Part shown: positions 9,001 through 16,015 of the stretch, piece by piece
How the letters are laid out: each line of letters starts with the position of its first letter
Position numbering within the stretch: position 1 is the stretch's first letter
Assembly (NCBI GenBank): GCA_964589485.1
Contig: CAZPRK010000001.1
Span: 48,369-112,368 of the forward strand
DNA from: an uncultured Methanosarcinales archaeon
GTDB lineage: Archaea > Nanobdellota > Nanobdellia > Woesearchaeales > CAYSVS01
Direction: 5' to 3'
DNA: 64,000 nt
Program-made: the position numbers and the translations under genes
Notes under the pieces: generated by a model
What the model was told of the DNA's origin: nothing
The model's input: only the letters and a program-made list of their open reading frames with translations
Database searches by the model: none

Positions 9001-11857
9001 CAGTATACCAACCATCATTTACACAAGAAATACCATTCCAACATTGAGTATCTTCTAAACAATATCCTCTTGGTTCATAATCTGTAGAATTATCCCACCT
9101 TTCTTTGTAATAAGTTGGTTTCCAAGATGCTTCAAAGTCAAGTGATCCCGTACTTCCAATTTCTTCTTTAACACAAACATATTGACTAAAATCGTTTGAT
9201 TCATTATTATACCCAAAATATTTACTAAACGCATCTGAATGTTTTCCATTAAAATTTAACGGAACACTTGAATAAGATTCATCATATTTAGCATAATCTA
9301 AAGGTTCAGAAATTCCTTCAACACAATAAACTCCATTCCAACAAGATTCTTTAGGACAACATCCTTTATCTCTTGATTGTGCTTCATCTAAATCAAAATA
9401 AATTTTATCTAAAGATGATAAATCATTCTTAGTATTTCTATCAATAGCTATAGCAGTTCCACTACTATCATCACTCCATTGACTTGCAGCATCAATTGTT
9501 TTATTTTTATCATCTCCATATGAACAAAAATAATCTCCTTTAACTGAACAAAAATCTTCTCCAGTATTTGGAGCACCACATTCTTTAAATTGTTTATCAG
9601 TATAGATTTTATTCAAAGGAAAATATTCAAATTTAATCAATTCATTAGGATTAGTAGTTTCAATTCCATTTTCAATTTCAATCGATTCTTTATATACAGA
9701 ACTAATTTTCATAGTACTTGCACCAGTAATTTGTATAGGTGTAACTTTTCCTTCAGAATCTAATGTAACATATTCTTCAGGAATAGAAACATAACAAGTT
9801 TCTCTTAAACAAATATCAGAAAATTCATCGCCATTTATTTTATACAACAAAGTATTATATCTAGCATTATCTAAAATAGGAACTCCATTTTGACATCCTG
9901 CATACGTTCCACCAGCAAAACTTTCTCCTTTTTCATTTCCACAACATGCATTTGTAATTTGATCTTCAGGTGAAGCAGTCCACATATACCCCGGAGTATC
10001 TAAACAAGCTGTTTTTCCAGAAACAGGATTATCCAAGTCATCAAACCATTTATAATCTGCACCACAATATGAATTTTTATTATTACTTAAAAACAATCTA
10101 TCTACAAAATATACATTTGCAAATTTTGAATTTTTCGATTTAAGTTTAACAGAATTTAATTCTTCTTCATTAAAATCATCATTTACTTTAAAAATGATCT
10201 CATTGATTGTGAATTCTTTATCGGTTGTTAATAATTCTTGTAAATTTCCATTTTCTCCAACAAAGTTAATTAAAGGAATTTTTATATGGTGCCAAGTCAT
10301 TGGTTGTTGGCCATTCTCTGAGAAACTTATTACATGATTAGGTACTTCAAAAGTTAATATTTCATTATCAATAGTTTTTCCTTTAAGTTCTAATCTTAAT
10401 TTAGAACTTCTTGCAAAAGCTAAATAAAATTCTAAATGTTCATACCCTCTCCAATCTTGAATATTAAAATTAACTTGAGAATCCGTGTGTCTTAATGGAG
10501 CAGTTCTATAATTATCTGAAAACATAAACACTCCTATTTGATTTCTTCCAGTTCCTGTTGGATCATAATTAAAATCAAATATTGTTGATAACAACTCACC
10601 TTGTCTTCTTGTTCTTTCACAAGGTAAATCTCCATTACAATCATTAACGCAATTAGCTAAATCATGCCCACAACATTCAATAAATTTACTCCCATTATTT
10701 TGTTTACTACACATAAACGAGTCTGATTTTTTATTTTCTACAGAATCTCCAACTTTAACATACTTATCAGCAACTATACCTAATTCTTGTAATTTTTTAT
10801 AATTTTGATCAATAGAAAGACCAAGTTCATCATTTTCAAAATTAATACTTTCTAAATCCAATAATTCAACTTGTTCAAATTCTTGTTTATATGGAATTAA
10901 AAAAATATCAGTACTTACTTTATTTCTATTTTCAATATTTAAAGTAGTTTCAGGTAAAAAAGTAAATCCTTCATTAACATATTCAATTACTGGTTCTTCA
11001 GTTGCAGAACTTGGTTGTTCAAAGTTAGATAATGTAGATGACACTGCAATTCCCGAAGGAACATTATCTCCATTAGATGTACATAAAAACCACTCTTCTC
11101 CATTAGAAATTATATCATTTTTAAAATTATTTACGCTATAAATATGATATTTGTTGTTAGTTGCACTACTCCATAACCATTCTTCACCATCATACCTTTC
11201 AGGATCTGGCAAAGAGTCAAAATTCCTATCAGGTAATAAACAAGCTTCATTTGAAGAAATTAAACCCAAATCACTTGCATTATCGTTCCCACAACAAATA
11301 TTATCTTTCCAAACATCAAGAATTGCACTTTCCATGTCACCAATGTCACCAGTTCCAGCTTTAGTTGGTTTTACTACTCCTGCACATTTTTGATTAAAAG
11401 TTTCAGCAGTATCTCCTGAAAATGAAGGTGGTAATGTACATTTATGTATTCCGAAATCATCCCCTTGAGCAGTACATCCAGGTAAATCAAACCTTGGATC
11501 ATGCCAAAAAGCATTATCCTTAGTACTAGGTAAAACCATTAAAGAATAATATTCATTTTCAGGAAAACATAAACGATGTAATAATCCTTTCCCATCACTT
11601 AAAAGCTTAGAATCATCAAAACAACTTACAGAACAAGTACTTTCTCCAACAGAAGCTGCACTCAAAATTCGACCAAATCTCGTTTCTTGAATCTCACTTC
11701 TTGGTTCAACATTTTCGGTACTTAATGTTCCGTTTCCATAAATCATACATTTTATACCATTTGCAGAAAAAGGATCTCCAAGTTCAGGTTCATCAGCAAA
11801 AACAAAGGTACTTAAAATAAGAAATAACACTAAATAAGTCCAAGATTTCCTCAACAC
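2..11857 (-). CDS. Giant secreted/surface protein, 3'-partial (at least 3952 aa): signal peptide, Cys-rich regions, TSP3-like repeats, 12 tandem PKD domains, 3 DUF1566-like domains, InlB-B-like repeats
   Basis: Manual minus-strand translation from GTG 11857 gives MLRKSWTYLVLFLILSTFVFA-DEPELGDP..., a signal peptide. The same frame is still open at positions 2-60 (...DGDSLSFSDSFYSKIFTDLD). The ORF track lists no long closed ORF here, consistent with no internal stop. Confidence 0.9.
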   Translation of the reverse strand, partial: MLRKSWTYLVLFLILSTFVFADEPELGDPFSANGIKCMIYGNGTLSTENVEPRSEIQETRFGRILSAASVGESTCSVSCFDDSKLLSDGKGLLHRLCFPENEYYSLMVLPSTKDNAFWHDPRFDLPGCTAQGDDFGIHKCTLPPSFSGDTAETFNQKCAGVVKPTKAGTGDIGDMESAILDVWKDNICCGNDNASDLGLISSNEACLLPDRNFDSLPDPERYDGEEWLWSSATNNKYHIYSVNNFKNDIISNGEEWFLCTSNGDNVPSGIAVSSTLSNFEQPSSATEEPVIEYVNEGFTFLPETTLNIENRNKVSTDIFLIPYKQEFEQVELLDLESINFENDELGLSIDQNYKKLQELGIVADKYVKVGDSVENKKSDSFMCSKQNNGSKFIECCGHDLANCVNDCNGDLPCERTRRQGELLSTIFDFNYDPTGTGRNQIGVFMFSDNYRTAPLRHTDSQVNFNIQDWRGYEHLEFYLAFARSSKLRLELKGKTIDNEILTFEVPNHVISFSENGQQPMTWHHIKIPLINFVGENGNLQELLTTDKEFTINEIIFKVNDDFNEEELNSVKLKSKNSKFANVYFVDRLFLSNNKNSYCGADYKWFDDLDNPVSGKTACLDTPGYMWTASPEDQITNACCGNEKGESFAGGTYAGCQNGVPILDNARYNTLLYKINGDEFSDICLRETCYVSIPEEYVTLDSEGKVTPIQITGASTMKISSVYKESIEIENGIETTNPNELIKFEYFPLNKIYTDKQFKECGAPNTGEDFCSVKGDYFCSYGDDKNKTIDAASQWSDDSSGTAIAIDRNTKNDLSSLDKIYFDLDEAQSRDKGCCPKESCWNGVYCVEGISEPLDYAKYDESYSSVPLNFNGKHSDAFSKYFGYNNESNDFSQYVCVKEEIGSTGSLDFEASWKPTYYKERWDNSTDYEPRGYCLEDTQCWNGISCVNDGWYTDKNSGSINNLDGDHFCEKGKWTTRTKVVANQLLDLAGTKYSIHCDELNKVVNSLEDVPGLEDYYNSVDKPMNNVCVLKYDKNDNGIFDVAAGVSLNDDIDTDGQILTKLNLDEELCSNVKNNGFKICNNNKKVWYDAELKTLIFSQHSEIKLQSTNLATLFTSFFKSPADAAVNFIRLFVRPINFGEEDISFVNEIKNFVRFYSAGNDKNKVFAALEQSVQKNENEIGEFLTVEYSGFNADVCDAVLKYDLQNDNVDFLCLPQEKNLKLNYNVFSYDMDAFENWLDMTAKLRLNSIEESGEEPKAVITSPIDGVSFAKDAEIYFEAEEDPNIQSYYWDFDTKEKVKGEQKGRKFSLTASNVYGDQDGYVDVTLLTITDLGEHKKTTSRICIFGDNNDENVCTPDSDRDGICDGENDGYLKECPDLSKQEILIKDGGCKCNAGPDNCPRTKNFDQTNSDEDFEPEDGVPGVTLKGDVCDDDGDNDGVDEDLDKDDTNPLVCSDIDNDGCDDCGAGVIRVVNKNNLVANELDGGSEAWPDTDRDGLCDDPEDYPSATNTDKDDDNDGVLDINDKNKDGVDYSKDIYFCGDSDEDSCDDCSFLGRFDPDQDGVDFDGDGNCDSSGKSCVNVDGDGLGKRGTNITDCEYDTYFDENDDDYTICGDFDNDGCDDCGKGIGFSITDGKVSSEHEYHPDTDGDGLCDEPLDYFNPIYPDNDDDNDGVDDENDIDPLNKFVCGDFDLDTCDDCSVAGKKDVSNDGQDDDNDGICNLGESLEYSVSPGEFKLSTLSTNVQVTANKEVTCQHDFTDFEYDSTYAKLFNGVGKNLNTNIDFTELLQANVQAYCPKELDQPFKECVSMYLGEKEDCLALDGEGEQNQCLLLRAIRNNKVDQCKDLTLDDYKDKCTGYINDDSFCTQEHIDSADNKLISSNDCVLFDAITSGNEDLCNELEDEAVEANIASERDSLAGNNEIFLSGSNPNFIGFIEIIGHTDQYRIESTLVFEDEDRNKLTKLTISPILEKDVIGNQRIIFHSVQPGLNEKQDCLGYVNEYNARCLLYCPTISPELSYSVLCKTEDNQYQGDNSRDSSTGAWEHIKLLVDYDADVKEIFDEIADVGTGTRTLQFVPSKRSLGINAFPKSEFTIEPREVLIGQDVTFTSTSTDTDGDQLIHAWNFGDNVESNDVNNVHAYDNAGIYSVFLNVIDSKGAVSSFGDEVIVNHPNRAPTAIAGLDFNVYLGNKAEFNGGASTDPDEDDELSYTWKLNGEQIMEGVNPEYIFNTLGVKEIELTVTDKEGLSSTDIIKVTVDRKPNVLPTAVFSIKSSDLVSQSDIISEGIVVTGDKVVFINNPIEFDGTSSYDNDDGNIVAYNWNFPGDVILTTSKPTFTFNEVGTYPVTLTVTDDREGSNSKTLNVQVILRPNVMPVANTGGDKNIIVGKPFEFDGGSSTDSDGEIKTYKWVFDTELEGDKPNMQGKKVSYTYLDLGEYSASLTVTDDRGGEHTDNFVVTVTNTAPIIETNNIPTTVRPDEEITFDASRSSDSDGHTLYYSWNNEPGNSIKSYSFSTTGSKNVVLTVSDDWDEVTKTFTINVANTEPVASFNHDRSNKKLNQEITFDASSSSDSDGDTLKYKWKIGNNAETSYSENSEYKYTFTEFGSYPVKLTVYDGYVTSTTTQTLSFTNENPIPKFTYSPDINQKNKLTFDASSSSDGDGDTLNYKWKIGSNVETSYSEDSQYTYIFPEFNKDYLVTLTVADDYAEIPFTETVRINNREPTVNFEINGEQKLNNEIIFDASSSYDSDGDSITYEWKINDVKQSSTTNIMKKTFSVEGDYIIKLTLDDRYTTSFYSKSLDLKNIKPVAVLKEFVNTNKKNVDITFDASGSYDPDGDKSDLEYRWDFGDDTIKDFSSDPVAKHSYSEYKNEDYHAILSVRDKYDTSNEPFDVKIFNEPPEAKVIVKPVSTLTNEEIEFDATESFDPNGDSLTYIWNFGNGPLVETENPKIKRSYPTANYYYPKLTVRDEDGLLSETKRLPTLNIINRPPVAEITFEDEIHAEEFTDIDGSNSNDPDGIIKNYDWDVQSIKYSGEDQFKVEDYSFNLPEEVEVSLKVTDDKRAKTIKTSKVRILPPLNKKPVPIVGGDITVKLGTYVFNDGSSSYDVDGKIKSYKWDFGDNRIRSEPFFRHKYLIPKTYKVTLTVTDDDDAEASASYNVNVVSDYVPGENIGRNVWDVTTASTQNTCNGLNIFCKLGEELTGKPCDSVGSIVKHESQNYKCKSNQDVIHLKQDKYHLLTTSENFEVSNKFVNCGTISIYTYENNEKKTLNSLKSGQGFVVKTSNNCAYVVDSGKLEIKNLNDGWQFVPLRSLMNVDELNQNVCRNDVFKAYTAFDGYSSSHNPPFRLGTTDLLTKSNALTQYPNLGAVVHCGLTPEEKARRERLSKLTKEDGVLVDKKHDLTWTVAKEEKTCDFKYKYGGFGCYRRFVNYCYYLKLGGFTDWKIPTIDQAKTLIGIENTDNSLLDIKFSRRNRDYVWTSGVKSKTTSGKTYKYPYKFDLKRNLNYWVTNDRFSREYGQTVCVREGAITPTELYLQKVKLNNKGSIVVNEHTNNMFTTKREENKCGTSTSNFYGCTKRNYCGDSTLGGFTDWRNPNDGEVREIFDLYVKDNSLFGINGQDRIWTKGLQKNFRNNKRYPVNVDISSSKKSGGNAISVCVRDGNDLSLGNNQNSYTMGNTQNVLNDFENNLKWSTQDKEKECSDFKNVNGRTDMCVRNFETYCNDLNIGELTDWRLPTLDEAKKIKTIEYTNNELFKISDLDEVWLKDEYFSTYSKKEFSSKYNLTTDKKLFIGSRTNKKAKTLCVHENLETFSVEISAGKGGTITPASTSVKEKSSLSVDVKSNVGYEISEVKADDVKLPTAIGNNYKHTFNNIKSNKKISATFKRTKPGFEVNSGTGGKVFIIGDTNLVGNYYEGVEGLSYDLIIQPDPGYKISKLRIDGDSLSFSDSFYSKIFTDLD
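460..1720 (-). repeat. Three tandem DUF1566 (Lcl C-terminal)-like domains within the giant ORF
   Basis: YC..L.LGGFTDWKIPTIDQ, YCGDSTLGGFTDWRNPNDGE and YCNDLNIGELTDWRLPTLDE, each ending in CVR or CVH. Confidence 0.75.
2390..5610 (-). repeat. 12 tandem PKD-like domains within the giant ORF
   Basis: Recurring ~85-100 aa units N-x-x-P-x-A...FDAS(S)SxDxDG...YxW(D/N)FG...LTVTDD. Boundaries are approximate. Confidence 0.85.
6700..7800 (-). repeat. Asp/Cys-rich thrombospondin type 3-like calcium-binding repeats within the giant ORF
   Basis: Repeated PDTDxDGLCD, DDDNDGVxD and CGDxDxDxCDDC motifs. Confidence 0.8.
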
Positions 11858-11967
11858 CCTTTATAACCTCTTTTATATGATATATTATATTTTAATAATT
11901 AATTTATATATAAACCTTGTGATTTAAAATATAATTATTTATATAGAAATTATTTATCCTTTATCGA

Positions 11968-12654
11968 ATGAAAAGTATGTTTATAGAATTAATCAAAAAA
12001 CTGTTAAATAAAGATATTATTTCAAAAGAAGATTTAAGAGCATTAACTGAAACTAAAGATTTAACTGAAGAATTTGTAAAATGGTACAAAGATTTAGGTT
12101 TTGAAACTCTTTTTCAAAGACAAATGACATTAACCAAATGTCCATTTACAAATGAAGAAATAGAAATTGCAAAAAATAACCAAGAATTTATAATTGCAAT
12201 CCCAAAAAATATTACAGCTAAACAATTTTCTGAATTATTTAGAATTGAATCAGTTCACAATTTAGATGATAAATTAATTCAATTTACTAAAGAAACAGAA
12301 GATACTTGGGTTAAAGTTTCAAGTAAAGACATTCCTGATTTACTTAATCATTCGTTTACCCAAATTAGAAATAAATTTGAAGAAGAAAATAAAGTTGGAA
12401 TGAATCTTCCAAGATATTTAGTTTTTGTTGCTTGGTTTTATAAAAAAAACAATACATACCCTGACATGAATTATTGGAATTACTTAATCGGAAGTAAATA
12501 TGATAAATCAGGAGTAATGATAGCTGGTTTTGACGATAAAAACAAAAAACTAAATTTACATGGTTGGAAAAAAAATCATCCAAATGAAACCTGGCTTGGT
12601 GCAAGATATGCTAAACATCCAAGTAGAATTGAAGTAAGAAAAGAAACTATCTAA
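11968..12654 (+). CDS. Hypothetical protein (228 aa)
   Basis: Long ORF with an upstream TATA-like TTTATATA. No family recognised. Confidence 0.7.
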   Translation: MKSMFIELIKKLLNKDIISKEDLRALTETKDLTEEFVKWYKDLGFETLFQRQMTLTKCPFTNEEIEIAKNNQEFIIAIPKNITAKQFSELFRIESVHNLDDKLIQFTKETEDTWVKVSSKDIPDLLNHSFTQIRNKFEEENKVGMNLPRYLVFVAWFYKKNNTYPDMNYWNYLIGSKYDKSGVMIAGFDDKNKKLNLHGWKKNHPNETWLGARYAKHPSRIEVRKETI

Positions 12655-13714
12655 GATCTTTAAAATAAACATTTTTACCATCTAATTTAATTTGTTCATG
12701 TGAAATTTTCACTTTCAAATCCATTTTTTTAAAATAATTATTTAACTCAAATTCATTATTTTTTTCATTTAAAAATAAATATAATTTATCTTCATAATTT
12801 ACATCTTTTTTTATTACAAATAAAAAAGGACAATTTACAATATTTCCTACATTATTAATTAATTCTTGTTTACTATACAAATCTCCAAATAATTTAATTA
12901 AATCTCCTTTCCGTTTAATAAAAGTAAAATATCCTTTTTCTAACTTAACATAATCTCCTGTAATGTATCTAACCAAATAAGTTGATTGATTAAATGGATC
13001 TGTAATAACTAAGTCACCTTCTCCTTCAAAAGATGAATTACCATCAATATCTACAACTTCATAAATTAAATTTGAAACTAATTTAAACTTATTAGAACCT
13101 GAAATTTCTTCAATTCCTATGGCTCCGAATTCACTCATCCCGAAACCATTATACACTTTAACATTAAATGTTTTTTCTAATTTTTCACGAAACCAAGAAT
13201 GCAAATATTCCCCGCCAACTATAACTTTTTCCAAAGAGTTTAATTTTAATTTATTCAAAATATTAAATGCTGTTTCAGTTGTTAAAATTGCCATTTTAGG
13301 ATTTAAACCCTTAATAAAAGCTAAATCTAACCAAGTTTTTTCAAAATCATTTCCTAATGGCAATAAAGTACAATTAAAAAATTTAGATGCATATTCAACA
13401 TCTATTCCGGCTTGCCCAAAAGAATAACTGAAATGATTCAAAAAAACACCAGATAACCCAAATATTTTAAAAATTTCAACATACCGTTTAATTATAGCTT
13501 CTTTTCCTTTTTCATCAACATAAACTAAAGATGAAGTTCCAGTTGTCCCACTTGACATTTGAATATATTTTGGAGCTAATAAACAAGTTTCAAATGACCA
13601 TTGTCTTAGATCTTGTTTTGTCATTAAAGGAAGATTTTTAAGTTCATTTAGACTAAATAATTCTTTCTTACCATACAATTTTAAAATATTATTTAATGAA
13701 TTTAAATTATCCAT
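12647..13714 (-). CDS. Phenylacetate-CoA ligase (PaaK)-family adenylate-forming enzyme
   Basis: LPLMTKQDLR, SSGTTG, YNGFGMSEFG and RYITGD motifs. Confidence 0.85.
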   Translation of the reverse strand: MDNLNSLNNILKLYGKKELFSLNELKNLPLMTKQDLRQWSFETCLLAPKYIQMSSGTTGTSSLVYVDEKGKEAIIKRYVEIFKIFGLSGVFLNHFSYSFGQAGIDVEYASKFFNCTLLPLGNDFEKTWLDLAFIKGLNPKMAILTTETAFNILNKLKLNSLEKVIVGGEYLHSWFREKLEKTFNVKVYNGFGMSEFGAIGIEEISGSNKFKLVSNLIYEVVDIDGNSSFEGEGDLVITDPFNQSTYLVRYITGDYVKLEKGYFTFIKRKGDLIKLFGDLYSKQELINNVGNIVNCPFLFVIKKDVNYEDKLYLFLNEKNNEFELNNYFKKMDLKVKISHEQIKLDGKNVYFKDLR

Positions 13715-13750
13715 AAACTAAGAAAAAGTTCATATTTATAAAAATATAAC

Positions 13751-14671
13751 TTAAATATTTAATAAATCTTGACCAATAAAATCTTCTTGAAATGTTCTTG
13801 GAACCGCCTTAGCAGTATTACAAGTTTGTTTTAATCCTTCATTTTCCACAACTGAACATACTGATTTTGTTTTCATAGTACTAGCAAAAAATGCATACGA
13901 TAAATCATCTACCCATAGTTTATACATAGATTCATAATTATCTCCACTAAAAACCCTACACATATAATGTGCACCACCATCAAGCTGATCACATAATTTT
14001 TCATTATTTAACAAATAATTAACCCATGCTGCATAAGATTTACAACCTACGTCTTTACAAACACTCAAATCTCTTGAAGTTATAGCTTTACATAAATCAG
14101 TTGTACATTCTGAACTTAACTCAAAACAAGTTTGTTTTATTTCAGAAGATTCTATATTATCACAATTTAAAGAAACTAAATTATTTACATCTTGTTTAAT
14201 TTCTTCAGCTTCTTCACATTCATGTTCATTATGGTGTAAATCATTAGTTTTTAAACAAGAAATATATTCATTACTTCCTTCTTTACACTCTTCACTATAC
14301 AAATCTTCATGAGAAACTTCTACAGGAGTAACTGAATCATGTAAATAAAAGTCATCACCTAAATATTCTCTAGAAACATAGTATTCTTTTATAATGTTTC
14401 CACAATTTTCTGATGTAGAAAAAACTTTTGCCCTTAAATCAAATTCAGAATTTAACAAAACAGTTCTTTGAATTTCTTCTTTAGAATCATGAAGAATTTT
14501 TAATCCTACTGCTGCATCAGTAGTCCCACTTTCACTAAGATATAATTCTACTGCCTTTTTCTCTTTAGCATCAGCATAATTTAATTCAATAGATGATGAA
14601 GGTAAGTAAATTCCAATAAAAACTATAATTAACAGTAACCCTAAAAGAATGTAAATATTTTTTTGTTTCAC
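13751..14671 (-). CDS. Membrane-anchored/secreted Cys-rich protein
   Basis: N-terminal hydrophobic helix and repeated C-x11-C-like units (CDNIESSEIKQTC, CSVVENEGLKQTC). Confidence 0.75.
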   Translation of the reverse strand: MKQKNIYILLGLLLIIVFIGIYLPSSSIELNYADAKEKKAVELYLSESGTTDAAVGLKILHDSKEEIQRTVLLNSEFDLRAKVFSTSENCGNIIKEYYVSREYLGDDFYLHDSVTPVEVSHEDLYSEECKEGSNEYISCLKTNDLHHNEHECEEAEEIKQDVNNLVSLNCDNIESSEIKQTCFELSSECTTDLCKAITSRDLSVCKDVGCKSYAAWVNYLLNNEKLCDQLDGGAHYMCRVFSGDNYESMYKLWVDDLSYAFFASTMKTKSVCSVVENEGLKQTCNTAKAVPRTFQEDFIGQDLLNI

Positions 14672-14709
14672 TTAATAATTTAATACTTTAAAACTTATAA
14701 AAGTTTCGA

Positions 14710-15663
14710 TTAGATAAAAGAAAATAATATTATCAAAACCATAGAAAATCCAAAATAAGGAGCAAGAGGTAATTCTTGAGATATTTTTAACTTTTTTATG
14801 CCCCATTCTTTTATTTCTTTTATTTCGTTATAATCTAAACCTTCACTTCCTTCAACATATAAAAGTTCATATCCAGAAGCTTGTTCTTTATTATTAAAAA
14901 AAAATATTTTATTATTCTTTCTAGCAATAATATCATGAACCATCATTCCTGGCTTTAAATCAATACTATTAACTTCATAAAAATCAGAAGTTAATAAAGT
15001 TTTAAAATAATCAAACAATAAATAAAATATGAAAGGATAAATTACCCCTCTAAATAAATAAGCACTATAATCATTCACAATTATCAAATTTATTATCACT
15101 AAAATAAAAGTAAATTTACGATAAGATAAAAATTTTCTCAAAAAAGAATTTGTAAAAAAAATGAGAGATAAAAAAAGACTAAATGCTAAATACATATAAT
15201 TATTTAACTCAAAAAAATAATTAAACCCAAAAAATATTAAAAAAATAAGCTGAAAAAAACTAAAATAAAGTAACAATATGGGTAATGAAAAAGTATTTTT
15301 TAATTCAGATATTTTATTATTATAAATTAATTTAATAAGAACTAATAAAGACGGAATTATTAGCCCTATTAATATAACTAATAACATAGGAAAGTTATTA
15401 TTAACTAAAAAAGAAGGAATTCCTAATGCATAAACCATCAATAATTTTGAATCCCCTGCTGGAATTAACCCAGACATCCATAAAAGTATTGCAAAAACAA
15501 ATGTAAAAATAAAATTAAATAAATATTGTGGTGTATATTCTGCTAAAATTAAAAATAATATAGCAAAAATAACCAAATGAACATTTTTTACTTTATGTTC
15601 CTTAATATCAGTATAAGAAGTTAATATAATAAACAACAATAAAGTTAAAATATTTAATATCAT
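14710..15663 (-). CDS. A24-family prepilin (class III signal) peptidase, EppA-like
   Basis: Polytopic membrane protein with two catalytic Asp motifs (SYTDIK and PAGDSKLL). C-terminal DLKPGM...EGL...LPLAPY segment is typical of archaeal A24 peptidases. Confidence 0.85.
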   Translation of the reverse strand: MILNILTLLLFIILTSYTDIKEHKVKNVHLVIFAILFLILAEYTPQYLFNFIFTFVFAILLWMSGLIPAGDSKLLMVYALGIPSFLVNNNFPMLLVILIGLIIPSLLVLIKLIYNNKISELKNTFSLPILLLYFSFFQLIFLIFFGFNYFFELNNYMYLAFSLFLSLIFFTNSFLRKFLSYRKFTFILVIINLIIVNDYSAYLFRGVIYPFIFYLLFDYFKTLLTSDFYEVNSIDLKPGMMVHDIIARKNNKIFFFNNKEQASGYELLYVEGSEGLDYNEIKEIKEWGIKKLKISQELPLAPYFGFSMVLIILFSFI

Positions 15664-15697
15664 AAAAAAAAGAACTTACTTAATAATTTAAAGTTTA

Positions 15698-15928
15698 CTA
15701 ATAACTGCTATGATTTGCATGATTAACATGGTGACTATGAGATGTAGAAATAGAATTATCACCAGGAGTTACTGCTACACTATTTTGATGACTAGTAGTT
15801 CCAGCAGACGCTTCTTGCGAAAGTACAAAAACTAACCCAGTTGCTATGGCTGCATCTAATAATCCTTTCTTGGATACACTTGCTTTTTCACTTTTTAAAA
15901 AAGAACTTACTTTTCTTACTAATTTCAT
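15698..15928 (-). CDS. Putative His-Xaa-Ser/Asn RiPP precursor peptide (HxsA-like, 76 aa)
   Basis: Basic N-terminus, hydrophobic core and C-terminal HSH-HVN-HAN-HSS-Y triplets. Lies in the same locus as the HxsB/HxsD-like genes. Confidence 0.75.
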   Translation of the reverse strand: MKLVRKVSSFLKSEKASVSKKGLLDAAIATGLVFVLSQEASAGTTSHQNSVAVTPGDNSISTSHSHHVNHANHSSY

Positions 15929-16015
15929 TAATTAAAAATAACAAAATCTAATTTATAAATTTTTCTATTAGTTACAACACAAAACTTAATATATACAACT
16001 AAAAGCCTAAATTAG
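15929..16015. promoter_or_regulatory. Divergent archaeal promoter region (precursor / radical SAM)
   Basis: TTTATAAA about 25 nt upstream of the minus-strand ATG at 15928, and TAATATATA about 25 nt upstream of the plus-strand ATG at 16016. Confidence 0.5.

Noticed and set aside
612..11393. Short track ORFs 612..797, 5523..5711, 7423..7638, 9055..9249, 11151..11393 and 11161..11364
   Set aside because: They are antisense or off-frame shadows of the giant minus-strand ORF. The His/Leu-rich 7423..7638 peptide is simply the reverse complement of Asp-rich repeats, not a second His-rich precursor.
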